A stretch of DNA of 57,869 bases from an uncultured Rhodospirillaceae bacterium. Lineage in GTDB: Bacteria > Pseudomonadota > Alphaproteobacteria > MPNO01 > UBA2964. Made by a program: the position numbers and the translations under genes. The DNA is taken from positions 1 to 57,869 of the forward strand of contig CAZCKO010000006.1 of the NCBI GenBank assembly GCA_964499275.1, given 5' to 3'. Below the pieces are notes generated by a model. It saw nothing but the letters and a program-made list of their open reading frames with translations, was not told where the DNA came from and did not search any database. This document shows positions 28,601 through 37,943 of this stretch, piece after piece (position 1 is the stretch's first letter; the number at the start of each line of letters is the position of its first letter).

Positions 28601-29611
28601 CTAGTTTTCTTTTTGGATAAGTTTGGAAAGTAAATTTCGCGCCTGAATGGTTGGATGATCCATCGCAACATCGATTTGATGGGCCTCAGGAAACTGGTCT
28701 ACCCTGCGTTGTTGAGCCTCACAAATTGCCACATCCTCTTGGAACACTTTGCGAATAATGCTCAGATCTTTCTGTATAGCCGAATCATCAAGTCCAAAAT
28801 CACGGGCATTTGACCAAAAATGATGAGTTGTCGTAAGTGTCTCGGGAGTAATGGCATGAGCATTATGAACGCTTATACCATGTTCCCGATTGCCCTCGAG
28901 CGCACCCGTACCCGCCTGTGCCGCACCCACATCAAACATGATGGTTGCAGGCGGGGTATAAATCCAACGGTTCCAGCTATCGCCTTTACCCCTAATCTTT
29001 GCCGCCTTCGCCCATAATGGGGGAGGGTCATCGTTAGGAAACAGGCGCTCACATTTTAAAACATTATCTTCGCGGGTAACGGTTGGTTTAACACGTAATT
29101 TAGCAGAGTTGCCTAGGGTATCAGGATGTACATATGGGGAGTGGGTTTGATCCAGCTGGATATCGATATAAGCCTGATAGTTACATTCTACATAGAAGTA
29201 ATCATCTATATTTGCCCAGTCATTACTATCGAGAAAAAAGTAGTCTGGAATCAAACTCTCGTCCGCTTGACTAGCTTCACCCATCCAGATCCAAATCCAG
29301 CGATTCTTAACTACAACTGGGTAAGACCGCACGGAGGCTCCGGAAGGTATCAATTCTTGTGTAGGGATTGAGATACATTGGCCAGTTTTATCGAAACGAA
29401 GCCCGTGATAACCACATTCTACTTCATTACCCTTAAGCCTCCCAACCGACAGTGGCGCACTTCGATGACAACAACGATCTTCAAGGGCCCCCACTTCACC
29501 ATTTTCACCCCTAAAAAATACGATTGGCTCATCACAAATTGTCCGGGGTAGAAGTCCATGATTAAGATGATGATCCCAACCCGCGACATACCAAGCATTT
29601 TTTAAGTACAT
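28601..29611 (-). CDS. Rieske non-heme iron oxygenase, VanA-like
   Basis: YLKNAWYVA, Rieske CCH...CGYH, mononuclear Fe site D..H..YVH, ITPET...HFW, F.ED...EAQQ. Confidence 0.88.
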   Translation of the reverse strand: MYLKNAWYVAGWDHHLNHGLLPRTICDEPIVFFRGENGEVGALEDRCCHRSAPLSVGRLKGNEVECGYHGLRFDKTGQCISIPTQELIPSGASVRSYPVVVKNRWIWIWMGEASQADESLIPDYFFLDSNDWANIDDYFYVECNYQAYIDIQLDQTHSPYVHPDTLGNSAKLRVKPTVTREDNVLKCERLFPNDDPPPLWAKAAKIRGKGDSWNRWIYTPPATIMFDVGAAQAGTGALEGNREHGISVHNAHAITPETLTTTHHFWSNARDFGLDDSAIQKDLSIIRKVFQEDVAICEAQQRRVDQFPEAHQIDVAMDHPTIQARNLLSKLIQKEN

Positions 29612-29711
29612 TTTGGACCCTGCGTTAATTATTTCACCAACAAATTCAACCAACCGGAGTAGTAATTTTCGAACTAGTTAAAGAAGGCTGTCCAACTGAT
29701 AATACAGAAAT

Positions 29712-29737
29712 AAAAAGAGCGGCTCAATGAGCCGCCC
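29712..29737 (-). terminator. intrinsic terminator downstream of the UbiD gene
   Basis: Inverted repeat GCGGCTCA-A-TGAGCCGC followed by a T-run on the minus strand. Confidence 0.65.
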
Positions 29738-29759
29738 TATTCTTAAAACTCTTTTTATT

Positions 29760-31349
29760 CTATCTCCCGGTCCGAGCGAGCGAATGTACCCACCCCTTGT
29801 TGGTCATATAGGACTTAGCATGCTCAATTTGTTCATCGGAAAAGAACTTATCTGGAAAAACTTGATCTACTGGGTAAACGGGACGAAGAAAATCACTCTC
29901 GTAACCATAAGGGACGGTTGCATCAATACCCATTCCACCTTCAAATTGGGTATTTGACGCCGTCCATTCACGCTCACCCGCTGTCATGCGCTCAGCTGGC
30001 ATAAAGGTTTGGCCACGACCACCCGGTATCGGGTTAAGAATATCTGTCTGGGGATTGACGCGCGTTGTCAAATTCCAGATCACGTCATCCATATCATAAA
30101 TATCAGTATCTTCAGACATCGCGATTACCAAGCGCGACCCTTGTGAACAACTGAGGATGGCTGAGAGGAAATTACGCTGCCACCCCTCATCTATCTGACT
30201 ACGTTTTTTGACTTGAATGATGGCACCACCCCAATCCGTCATCGGGTAAGGAATATTACAATCCAGAATAATTCCCGGTTGCATGCGCTCACAAAGTTCA
30301 TACATCGCGGCCTCACGGACTGTCGTATCTATATTTTGACAATCCATCGTATGGACGCCTAAAGGAAAAATGATTGGTTTAGATTCCTTTGCACGCATGG
30401 TAACCGCGGTTACATGAAAGGTAGGTGCTTTGTAGGCTTTACCCATGTAGCCGGCCCATTCTGGGTGAAAATGAAATCGTCCTTGAACTCCGGCTTCTTC
30501 TGACTCGGCGGTCTCATATCGTCGATCCCGCGGATGCAAGTAGCCCTCGAGGGTAATTTCAGCATCTGCCAATGCATATGCGCCCGGTATAGTTTTTGCT
30601 TCCACCATCCGAACTGGTTCACCGATCAAACGACCGGCAACGCCCAGTTCATCGCACCCCGTAGGCAAGATTACATAGTCAAATCCGGCACCTGCCAAAA
30701 GATTTGGGCCATAGGGTATGCCAAAATTCATTGTAAGAGGAATGGGTTCTTCATCACGATAATGCTTGGCCATAACCTGCCAACCATGAGACCCTGGTGA
30801 AATTTGAAACGTACCAACATTACCCCACCTGAAATTCATCCGGTTATACGCCATATCTGTGCCACCTTCGAAATACTCTCCAGCAAAAAGACGTTGGCCA
30901 GAACCCACTGTAAGCTCCGATTCATACGTGGTGTGCCGGATTGGCATCATATACTCATTGACCTCAGTTGGATTTAAAATCACCTCCTCATGGCTTGGCG
31001 CGTCCTTTGAATCAACAATCACTGGCGGCAACGGGTTGCGAATTGCATTAGCAATCGCAAGTGTCATTTCTCGCATATCTCTAACGCCGAACAGCTTACA
31101 CATAACGCCATGATCAGCGAAAAGGTTGGTCACTGCACGATGGTGAGGCTTCCCTTTGACGTTGTTAAATAGTAGCGGGCAGCTACCATCGAGGTGTTTT
31201 TGAACACCCGTTATTTCTAGATCAGGGTCAACCTCCGTATCGGTTTCTATGATGTCGCCCTCCTTTTTTAGGAAGTCTATAGTACTGCGCAAATCACGAA
31301 GTGAGTCAGTTATAGGTGCTGGTTCAAGTTCTTCTCTGGCAGTGGCCAT
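29760..31349 (-). CDS. UbiD-family prFMN decarboxylase, phthaloyl-CoA decarboxylase (Pcd/PhtDa) type
   Basis: Long blocks YNRMNFRWGNVGTFQISPGSH, QGRFHFHPEWAGYMGKAYKAPTFHVTA, WTASNTQFEGGMGIDATVPYGYESDF and C-terminal SLARTGR match my recollection of denitrifier phthaloyl-CoA decarboxylases; 529 aa. Confidence 0.85.
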   Translation of the reverse strand: MATAREELEPAPITDSLRDLRSTIDFLKKEGDIIETDTEVDPDLEITGVQKHLDGSCPLLFNNVKGKPHHRAVTNLFADHGVMCKLFGVRDMREMTLAIANAIRNPLPPVIVDSKDAPSHEEVILNPTEVNEYMMPIRHTTYESELTVGSGQRLFAGEYFEGGTDMAYNRMNFRWGNVGTFQISPGSHGWQVMAKHYRDEEPIPLTMNFGIPYGPNLLAGAGFDYVILPTGCDELGVAGRLIGEPVRMVEAKTIPGAYALADAEITLEGYLHPRDRRYETAESEEAGVQGRFHFHPEWAGYMGKAYKAPTFHVTAVTMRAKESKPIIFPLGVHTMDCQNIDTTVREAAMYELCERMQPGIILDCNIPYPMTDWGGAIIQVKKRSQIDEGWQRNFLSAILSCSQGSRLVIAMSEDTDIYDMDDVIWNLTTRVNPQTDILNPIPGGRGQTFMPAERMTAGEREWTASNTQFEGGMGIDATVPYGYESDFLRPVYPVDQVFPDKFFSDEQIEHAKSYMTNKGWVHSLARTGR

Positions 31350-31678
31350 TTCTATCTCCTATTAGATCTTTTCGACATAAATTCCCGATGAATTTCTCTC
31401 GATAATATATCACCTCAAATAATGAGGTGCCCCTCGCGGAGCTATTTTTTACGTGGCTTATTAAAGAAATGCAAGTCCACAAAATCCCCACCAATTGTCA
31501 GAAAAGCCATATAAAACTCGTAGAAATAATACCTCAAAATGATTGAAATTTAGTTTTCTGACTTGAGGGTTAAAATCTTAAATCATTTCAACCAAACCAA
31601 GGTTGATTTTGCGTTGGTTGACTAACCGGGCAAACCTCTACACAACATATGCTGAATTAAACATGGGAAAGAATATTT

Positions 31679-32278
31679 ATGAAAAAGGAAATACTCCCTC
31701 ACCCAATTCGAAAATTCATTGACAATATCCGTTCCTATTTTTTCTAGGACATGGAAGGTGAAGATTTGTGGCGGCTCGTCGCGAATGATTTGAAAATTTT
31801 ATTAGGCGAGAAAAGTCTAATTGAGCAATCCAAGACCTGGCCAGACACCAAAATAGGGGATGGGCCGCCTTCTAATCTACTTTTTTACGAAGATCCCAAA
31901 TATGGTTTTGTTTTGAACGCTCTCGTTAAGGGGCCAAAGTCAGTGACTAATATTCATGATCATGGGCCCAGTTGGACACTTTACGGGGTACTTGACGGCG
32001 GTGAACATATCAGGCGGTTTCGGCGAGTGGATAATAATCCGCAGGAGGCAGGCCCAGCGGTATTAGAAACAAATGGTGAATTTGATGTCGTCCCAGGATA
32101 TATCGATATTGTTCCACCCTGGGAAATTCATCAAGAGTCTAATGGAGATCATCGAACCATCGGATTCATAGTTCGCAGCCAGCGATCCGGAACGTTTGAA
32201 CAATATCGCTACAACATCGAAAACGGTGCCATTGCCGTAAACAACGGACCAACACAAATTCCCTATGACCTGGCTTAA
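31679..32278 (+). CDS. cupin/cysteine dioxygenase-like protein; in-frame TAG at 31745-31747 separates a 22-codon N-terminal part from the ORF restarting at 31751
   Basis: IHDHG.SWTLYGV..G.E and PPWEIH cupin motifs; upstream in-frame ATG at 31679. Confidence 0.7.
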
Positions 32279-32553
32279 ATTCCGGCCGACCACAAAAAAT
32301 CGGTTCGACAAAAGGCTCAGAAAATTTATTATTTAGCATAAATTTTGCATTAAACATTTAGCTTGATAACGTCAAAAACGAAAAAATTTCCAAATATTGG
32401 AATATTTAAGAGGTATTAACTTTTTAAAATAGCGTTAATATTCGATTGTACCCCCTATTAATTAGATGCTAGCATTTTATTAAGACCTTAGAGAGTTAAG
32501 TCTATCGTCTTTTATTTTACTTTAATTTCAGTCCAAATCAGGGAGAACTGATA

Positions 32554-33585
32554 GTGATTAAAACTTTTAAATTAACCCTAGCGGCTACAGCGGCATTAAC
32601 GCTAATGGCTACGCCTACCGTTGCTGCCGATTATTTTTCTGGTAAACAAATTACCGTGCAGGTTCCTTCAGGCTCTGGCGGCACCTACCACGTTTATTGT
32701 CAGCTCGTACAAAGAAATATTGCACGCTACATTCCAGGTAACCCAAAAACAGTTATCCAAAATATGCCTGGAGGAGGAGGAGCTAAATCCGCAGCCTATA
32801 TGATGAACGTTGCCCCCAAAGATGGTAGCTTCATTGCAATGGCTGCCCCTGGTGTTATCACGACGCCAATGGTCCGGAAAGTGCGTTATGATGCCCGTAA
32901 GTTCAATTGGTTGGGTGCTCCTGCAGCCCGTGCCGCAGGCGTATTCTTTTGGCACACTCATAACGTAAAAAACTGGCAAGAACTCAAAACCAGACCAACC
33001 ACGATTGCAACGAGTGGATTTGCTTCGTCCGGTTCAATATTTCCGCGCTTAGTCAATGCTGTTCTTGGAACAAAGATGCAGTTGATCTACGGATATAAGG
33101 GCGGCGGACGTATGAACGTCTCTGTTGAAAAAGGCGAGACTATGGGTCGCAATAATTTCTTATCCGGTTTTACAGGGGTCCGGCCTACATGGTTACCGAA
33201 AGGTTTGGTTAAGCCTGTAATTATGTATGGGCCAAAATCACCGAGCAAATTTGCTAAAGGCGTGCCACGTCTTGATGACCTTCTTAAGCCAGGTACTATG
33301 GAAGCGAAGATGTATGAAGTGCTCGGCATGAACCTCAAAGTCGGCCAAGCGTTTTATGTCCCACCGGGAACACCACAAAAGGTAGTAAAGATTTTAAGAA
33401 AATCGTTCACGGAAATGATGTATCATCCTAGCTTTATCGAAGACATCAAAAAACGTCGTGTAGAGCATTCACCAGTAACAGCTAAACAAATCAACAAGTT
33501 GATAAAAGCTGGTTTCGATGCCGCAACACCAGACGTAATAAAAGCTATTAAAACTCGCGTGTTTACGAAGAAAAAGAAATCTTAA
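32554..33585 (+). CDS. tripartite tricarboxylate transporter substrate-binding protein (Bug/TctC)
   Basis: Signal peptide, GGTY, NMPGGGG, APKDG, GYKGG...E.GE, PPGTP. Confidence 0.87.
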   Translation: MIKTFKLTLAATAALTLMATPTVAADYFSGKQITVQVPSGSGGTYHVYCQLVQRNIARYIPGNPKTVIQNMPGGGGAKSAAYMMNVAPKDGSFIAMAAPGVITTPMVRKVRYDARKFNWLGAPAARAAGVFFWHTHNVKNWQELKTRPTTIATSGFASSGSIFPRLVNAVLGTKMQLIYGYKGGGRMNVSVEKGETMGRNNFLSGFTGVRPTWLPKGLVKPVIMYGPKSPSKFAKGVPRLDDLLKPGTMEAKMYEVLGMNLKVGQAFYVPPGTPQKVVKILRKSFTEMMYHPSFIEDIKKRRVEHSPVTAKQINKLIKAGFDAATPDVIKAIKTRVFTKKKKS

Positions 33586-33607
33586 ATTGATATTATCAAC
33601 TTAATTT

Positions 33608-33636
33608 AAGGCCCCTCGTAAGAGGGGCCTTTTTTT
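33608..33636 (+). terminator. intrinsic terminator
   Basis: AAGGCCCCTC-GTAA-GAGGGGCCTT followed by a T-run. Confidence 0.88.
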
Positions 33637-33640
33637 GCTT

Positions 33641-33970
33641 TTATAAATTACCGGTGGATTTCCCAGAAAGGGCAACCCAAAATCCACTGCCCACATCAGA
33701 AATTGGACGACATTGCAATACAGTTCCCACCTTAATAGCCTTTAGAAGGTAACGCCCGATAGGTTTAAAATTGGTTTCGCCACTATTTTGCGTGGCCTTA
33801 TCAATTCTAATAATCACAGACCTCGGCTCAACAAAACGTCTACGTTCTAACATCCTTTCAATACTTGCTATCGAATGCGCTAAGTCCAAGCCACGCAGAT
33901 TAAGCTCAAATTGCGCATTATCCCGCATGCCTGTTAAACGACGGATATCCTCATCTTTTAAATACGGCAT
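33641..33970 (-). CDS. small Smr-domain-like hypothetical protein
   Basis: ELNLRGL..A start and G.F.V.L end resemble Smr; the central IHG.G motif is absent. Confidence 0.5.
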   Translation of the reverse strand: MPYLKDEDIRRLTGMRDNAQFELNLRGLDLAHSIASIERMLERRRFVEPRSVIIRIDKATQNSGETNFKPIGRYLLKAIKVGTVLQCRPISDVGSGFWVALSGKSTGNL

Positions 33971-34224
33971 ATCTCATTTCCCAGACCGCTTCGCGGGGCA
34001 TACCTTATAATACCTGTTATGCCTATTCGCTAAAATTATATCTGACATTCCGATCACCTTAGACAGTAAAAAGTGTCGATTACAATGACCCTTTCACATC
34101 ATAGAATTTAAGGTCAGTAACTCTTTCCAAGTTTAAGCTATATAAGAATATAACGGATACTGTTGCAGTGGTTCGAGGCCTACAATAGCCTTATAGACAT
34201 GCAGCTTGAGAGAGGGATTTCTAG

Positions 34225-34821
34225 ATGTCGAGGGTAACGCCAAAATCAAGATCAGATTTGCAAGAATTAGAAGACGTATTTGAACGGGCAGAAAAAGCGT
34301 TAGGCTTTATTCCTAATAGTTTTTTTATTATGGGTCGACGACCAGAAATGTTACGTGCATTTTCGCGCCTATCACGTGAAGTAATTGGTGTCCCTGGCCG
34401 CGTATCACAAGAACTCAAATGGTTAATTGCGCATATCGCGAGTCGATCCTCGGGCTGCCAATATTGCATGGCACACACAGCCAAATCTGCAAGTGGAGCA
34501 GACCAAGGAAACACAGAAAAAATTAAAGCATTATTTGAATACGAAAGAAGCACCCTTTTTAGTAATGCCGAAAAAGCGGCACTCACCATCGCACAGGCAG
34601 CTGGTACCACACCAAGCATGGTATCAGACGCCGATATTGAAAATTTAAAGAAGTATTTTGATGAAGATCAAATCGTTGAAATTGTTGGGGTCATCTGCCT
34701 TTTCGGCTGGTTAAACCGGTTTAATGATACAATGGCGACCAACCTGGAAAATGAGCCCATGAACTTTGCAGCTAATCACCTTGCCTCTACCGGCTGGGAA
34801 GTTGGTAAACACGGCGCATAA
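34225..34821 (+). CDS. AhpD/carboxymuconolactone decarboxylase family protein
   Basis: GFIPNS, S..SGCQYCMAH, FGWLNRFND. Confidence 0.85.
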   Translation: MSRVTPKSRSDLQELEDVFERAEKALGFIPNSFFIMGRRPEMLRAFSRLSREVIGVPGRVSQELKWLIAHIASRSSGCQYCMAHTAKSASGADQGNTEKIKALFEYERSTLFSNAEKAALTIAQAAGTTPSMVSDADIENLKKYFDEDQIVEIVGVICLFGWLNRFNDTMATNLENEPMNFAANHLASTGWEVGKHGA

Positions 34822-34895
34822 AAAAAGGGACACTAGCCCTTTCGCGCTTCGTCCGTTAAAACGCATAAATTCAATTCAAAATTAAGGGGAATGAA

Positions 34896-35888
34896 ATGGC
34901 AGATATAAAACTGACCATGGCAATCAATGAATATGATCATGTTCAGGACATGGCTACCGGTCGCGTAAAACCAGAAGGTATAAACCTTACAGTAATCAAC
35001 CATGGGCCGGAAGAAATATTCCATCGGTTTCTTTTTAGTCAGGAATGGGAAATATCCGAAATTTCGATGGGTATGAGCACCTCATGGATTTCTCGCGGGA
35101 ATGCCCCATTTGTCCTGATCCCTATATTTCCGTCTCGTGTTTTTCGGCATTCCTCTATTTATATACTTGAGGATGGACCTATCAAATCTGCCGCAGACCT
35201 CAAGGATAAGCGAATTGGTATTCCGGAATGGGGCCAAACAGCGGGGATTTATACTCGAGGTTGGATGGAACATACTGCCAAGGTTCCGCTAAGTAGCGCC
35301 ACCTGGTTTCAATCAGGTATCAATGACCCTGGTCGTCAGGAAGCATCTCAACTTAACCTACCTGAAGATATCAGCCTAACAATTGTTACTGACCGATCAC
35401 TTATGCAAATGATGTTCGACGGCGACCTGGATTGTGCCTTCTCTGCTCGTCCTCCCAAAGAATTTATTGCGAATGACCCAAGAGTGACTCAGCTTTACCC
35501 TAATTACCGCGAAGAGGAAGAAAATTACTTTAACGATACAGGCATTTTTCCGATTATGCATACTATCGCCGTTCGTCGCGATGTCTTTGAAAAGAACCCA
35601 TGGGTCGCTCAAAATTTGATGACCGCCTTTGAAGCGGCCAAGTCACGTAGCTTCCAACGGATTTCTAATTTCACTGTTTCGCAACTTCCTGTTGCCTGGG
35701 CTTATTATGACGGGCTGGAAAACAACCGAAAAATGTTTGGCGACGAACAGTGGCCATATGGCATAGAGGCAAATCGTACAACTCTCGAAGCTTTTCTGCA
35801 GTTTGGATTCGAACAAGGAACGTTGCACAAAAAGCTAGAGGTTGAGGACCTTTTTCCTGAAGAAGTCCGGCACCACTTTAAACTCTAA
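34896..35888 (+). CDS. 4,5-dihydroxyphthalate decarboxylase-like protein
   Basis: L.MA..YDH....G.V.PEGI.L, EIF.RF, FPSR.FRHS, G.PEW.QTA, TGIFPIMH, WPYGIEANR.TLE. Confidence 0.78.
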   Translation: MADIKLTMAINEYDHVQDMATGRVKPEGINLTVINHGPEEIFHRFLFSQEWEISEISMGMSTSWISRGNAPFVLIPIFPSRVFRHSSIYILEDGPIKSAADLKDKRIGIPEWGQTAGIYTRGWMEHTAKVPLSSATWFQSGINDPGRQEASQLNLPEDISLTIVTDRSLMQMMFDGDLDCAFSARPPKEFIANDPRVTQLYPNYREEEENYFNDTGIFPIMHTIAVRRDVFEKNPWVAQNLMTAFEAAKSRSFQRISNFTVSQLPVAWAYYDGLENNRKMFGDEQWPYGIEANRTTLEAFLQFGFEQGTLHKKLEVEDLFPEEVRHHFKL

Positions 35889-36016
35889 TTTTATTTATTC
35901 CTCAAATACACGTTGAGAACCAAAAAACTCAATTAATTTGTTGAATGGGTAGGACGCCTGCACTTGGGGTAATTCATTATGTTTGTTATCGTCTTTTTGC
36001 AACGAAGGAGGGGCTC

Positions 36017-37153
36017 ATGATCATAATAAATAATGGCATCGTCGCAGACGTTCTCGAAATGAAAGACTGTATTCGTGTTCAGGAAGAAGCATTTAAAAAA
36101 ATTCCAAGTGGGGGCGCAATTCACCGGCCCCGAATTGACATGTATATGCCTGCAGAACGCGAAGATGGCTACTTTCGCTGGGGCACGATGGAAGGTGCAA
36201 ACGATGGATTTTTTGCAATCAGAATGAAATCGGACGTCATGTACTGGCCAGAGGATGAGAGTGGAAACTGGACAGAAGAAAAATATTGCCGTGAACCGGG
36301 AACCTATTGTGGCATAGTATTGCTGGTCAATACCAAAAATGGGGAACCGCTAGCCTTTATAAATGATGGGCACATCCAGCACATGAGAGTGGGCGGCGGC
36401 GCCGGGATTGGTGTTAAATATTTATCACGTGAAAACTCCCATGTCGTTGGAATGCTAGGGTCAGGGGGCATGGCCCGAACCTTCCTTGAGGCCTTTTCTT
36501 GCGTCCGGGATATTCAGCATTGCAAAATCTATAGTCCAACGTCAGAACATCGTGAAGAATACGCCGAAGAAATGACCAGAAAGATGGGCTTTGAGGTGAT
36601 CGCTGTAGACAGCCCTCAAGAGGCTGTGAATGGTTGTGATATACTATCAACTTGTACTGATTCGATGGTACCCGTCTACGACCCGGAATGGATTGAGCCG
36701 GGAATGCACGTCACTAATCTGGGCCGCCGTGAAATAAGCGATAACGTAATAAGTAAATTCGACGTTGTTATTCGTCAGGGTACTGCAGGTCTACAGATGA
36801 AGCAAACCGAACGCTTTCAGGCCGAGCGCGGTCTCAGTCCGGCAGCATTTATTGGCGGTACAACGGAACAAATGAAAAAAATACCTGCAAAAAATCCTAA
36901 TCCCGGCTTTGGAGGCGATGATCCAGAGTTCAATGATCGTGGCAAAGGCGGTGATAAGCCCGACTTTGCCGCACTTATCGCGGACCCGACTCTTGGGCGA
37001 ACAAGTCCAGAGCAAGTTACGTTTTACCGTAACGTGGGAAACCAAGGACTTCAGTTTTCATCGGTAGGTGGACACGTGTACAAAACATGTATGGAGCGAA
37101 AGCTAGGAATGGAGATTCCAACAGACTGGTTTTTACAGGACATTAGGGATTAG
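36017..37153 (+). CDS. ornithine cyclodeaminase/mu-crystallin family protein
   Basis: G.PLA, RVGG, GSGGMA, PGMHV, G.GLQF; ATG at 36017 follows an AGGAGG RBS. Confidence 0.85.
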   Translation: MIIINNGIVADVLEMKDCIRVQEEAFKKIPSGGAIHRPRIDMYMPAEREDGYFRWGTMEGANDGFFAIRMKSDVMYWPEDESGNWTEEKYCREPGTYCGIVLLVNTKNGEPLAFINDGHIQHMRVGGGAGIGVKYLSRENSHVVGMLGSGGMARTFLEAFSCVRDIQHCKIYSPTSEHREEYAEEMTRKMGFEVIAVDSPQEAVNGCDILSTCTDSMVPVYDPEWIEPGMHVTNLGRREISDNVISKFDVVIRQGTAGLQMKQTERFQAERGLSPAAFIGGTTEQMKKIPAKNPNPGFGGDDPEFNDRGKGGDKPDFAALIADPTLGRTSPEQVTFYRNVGNQGLQFSSVGGHVYKTCMERKLGMEIPTDWFLQDIRD

Positions 37154-37190
37154 CTCAAAATGAAACTTAAAGCATCATTAGAGCTTAATA

Positions 37191-37622
37191 CTACTCGTCG
37201 CGATAAATTTTTTCCATCCGTTCATGGCGCTCTTGAGCCTCCAAGCTGAGCGTAGCAATCGGGCGTGCTTCCAGACGCCTAAGCCCTATTGGCTCGCCAG
37301 TCTCTTCACAATAACCATATTCGCCATGCTCTATTCTTTCCAAGGCCTCATTAATTTTTTGCACCAATTTCCTTTCGCGATCACGCGTTCTTAGCTCGAC
37401 TGCTCTGTCAGTTTCTGCCGAAGCACGATCCGCTATATCAGGGGCCTGAAGCGAGTCCTCCTGTAGACTCTGTAATGTCTGGCTTGTATCACGAAGGAGT
37501 TCTTTTTTCCAACGAAGAAGTCGTTGTCGAAAATACTCGCGCTGTTTAGCGTTCATAAAAGGCTCTTTGTCTGATGGCCGATAATTTTTAGGTAGTTTCG
37601 TTGGCATATCACTCCCAGACAC
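37191..37622 (-). CDS. dksA: RNA polymerase-binding protein DksA
   Basis: FMN..Q.EYFR, DIADRA, RTRDRERKL, YGYCEETGEPIG..RLEARP. Confidence 0.95.
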   Translation of the reverse strand: MSGSDMPTKLPKNYRPSDKEPFMNAKQREYFRQRLLRWKKELLRDTSQTLQSLQEDSLQAPDIADRASAETDRAVELRTRDRERKLVQKINEALERIEHGEYGYCEETGEPIGLRRLEARPIATLSLEAQERHERMEKIYRDE

Positions 37623-37943
37623 TCAAAATTCGGCGCGGAGTATATGAATCGTGTGCCCTAACTGCAAGGCCCACAAAAAAAATTCCTCAAATTACCGAAA
37701 TTTACGAAAAACGGTATTTATTGAATAAGTATGGGTGAATAGGGTTTATTCAACGTATAAAGGACCATTTTCGGACAGAAACTTCACAAATTAGCTGAAA
37801 GACTTTTTCTCATTTAATTTATTTAGTATCTTTCAATTAGGGATACAGCTTTTCCTGAACAAACTTGCCGAAGTTATAAGTAAACATGCGAAACCCATGG
37901 AGTGTTTCTGATAACCTGAATTAAACAAACCACGGAAATTTGA

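Noticed and set aside
31745-31747. Pyrrolysine or genome-wide TAG recoding
   Set aside because: TAG terminates many other genes in the window and no pyl genes are present
37191-37622. DksA lacking the four-Cys zinc finger
   Set aside because: Normal for alphaproteobacterial DksA
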